From Oculina patagonica (taxonomy: Eukaryota): DNA of 64,000 nt. Location: NCBI RefSeq assembly GCF_052425735.1, contig NC_135768.1, positions 19,406,001 through 19,470,000 on the forward strand, given 5' to 3'. Under the pieces are notes generated by a model. It saw only the letters and a list, made by a program, of their open reading frames with translations, had not been told where the DNA came from and did no database searches. This document shows, piece by piece, positions 62,734-64,000 of the stretch (position 1 is the first letter of the stretch; the number at the start of each line of letters is the position of its first letter). A program made the position numbers and the translations under genes.

Positions 62734-63338
62734 ACATTCCTAAAGTTAACTATTGGAGGGGTTTATCGGGCTACAATTTTACGAAAATTGCTTTTCGCTG
62801 AATTTCGCGCCATGCACGTTTGTAGTCGGGGAAACAAGTGCCAGTTGTTTGCGACATCACTTAATTTTCCGAGAAGTGACTGAGCCCGCAGTTTTCGTCC
62901 CAGAAGTTGCTAAGCAACATGGCGTATTTCTCGTACTCGTGAGCGCTCGAGCTAGTTTTTGATTGGATGAAAATAATTCAGAAACTCTTCGAGTGCTTTG
63001 GCGAAGATTTGCCAAAACTGGCACTTATTCCCCCGACTGTTTGAGTCCATAACAAGATGGCACAAAAATTTGCAAACTACATAGTTTTATGGTAGTTGCA
63101 CTTCAACTGGCGTAGTAAATATTCAAAGTCTCAACGGACGTTTCTGAGTTTGCTGTCATGGCGTGTGGAAGAGGTTTGTTGAATCCTTCCTTGCCAATAA
63201 GCCAGTATGTTTTCCAGAAACCACGCCCCTAAAAAAAAATCAGAAAGATATTTTATTCATACAGAATGGTCCATGTCATCTGGAGTTCTTTAGTGCGTCT
63301 CAGATCCAACTGGTATTTCTTACGTTCTTGAGACCCCT

Positions 63339-63735
63339 TAGGCCAAGGCCAAACGTCGAACTTCACATAAAACGAACTTAACTGAGCGAATTAAGTTCAT
63401 AATAAGTTCGACGTTTGACTCAGTTGCGTTCGTCCGACTGAATTAAGATCGACCAACACGTTCTTTCCGTTTGCTTCAGACGGATAGAACGAATGAAGAT
63501 CGACAAACGTCGATCTTTTCATGAAACGAACTTAATAAATAAATTTTAAATTTGTATGTTAATGTAATTTTAGCCTCGAAACATTCATTCTGGCTGCTCT
63601 GAATTTGGTTCGACGGTGGGTTCGACGAATTATGTTCGACGTTTGACCCAACGGTCGAGAGCTTTACCTGTCTGGATCGACCAAAACTGCAATTTAGTTC
63701 GTCTCATGTGAAGTTCGACGTTTGGCCTGGGCCTA
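63339..63735. mobile_element. Harbinger-like MITE
   Basis: 30-bp TIR taggcc(a/c)aggccaaacgtcgaacttcacat; a further partial copy lies at about 63846-63882. Confidence 0.7.
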
Positions 63736-64000
63736 TTAAGCCTGCGGCTCTTTTTAAAATCCAGATGGAGTACATGGAAGTTAGACTGAAATGTTGGTTC
63801 TTGTTAAATTTGACCTCGGAGGAAAACCTTCGGAACGAAGCTAACTTAGGCCTAAGCCAAATTCTTATGTGAAGTTCGACGTTAAAACAAAATGGAATGG
63901 GTTTAATACACAAACGAAAATTACGCAACGGGTGCCAAGCGGGGGAGAACGCAAGTCTTCCGTCACCGTCGATTTGCGTTGGTTTTGGTTTAACTCTTGA

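Overview
AT-rich, intron-rich animal genomic DNA. The repeat landscape and gene content suggest an anthozoan cnidarian, probably a stony coral (inference). There are three N-gaps. Left half: Beclin-1 (BECN1, 14 coding exons, minus strand, 183-13070) lies head-to-head with AP-4 complex beta subunit (AP4B1, 19 coding exons, plus strand, 13571-27497). An intronless H1-derived protamine-like (PL-I type) gene with RS repeats sits inside a BECN1 intron on the same strand, under a CRE-rich promoter. Middle: RNASEK (V-ATPase subunit f, minus strand) and, just downstream of it, a decayed 6.6-kb Academ transposon containing two nested transposons. Right half: an array of intronless serine hydrolase-like (SERHL/kraken-family) alpha/beta-hydrolases. 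It has four intact copies, one frameshifted copy and one fragment, and all five full-length copies end in the peroxisomal signal SKL. The copies differ mainly in predicted pocket-lining loops and show patchwork sharing of variants. The first copy shares a 125-bp promoter with RNASEK that carries a CLEAR-like site. The array is interspersed with MITEs, a 4.1-kb CACTA/EnSpm-like element carrying a spliced SAM-domain gene relic, and a TIR element filled with a 110-bp satellite. No tRNA, rRNA or CRISPR was recognised. All gene models were assembled by hand from GT/AG boundaries and remembered family motifs; no database search was run.
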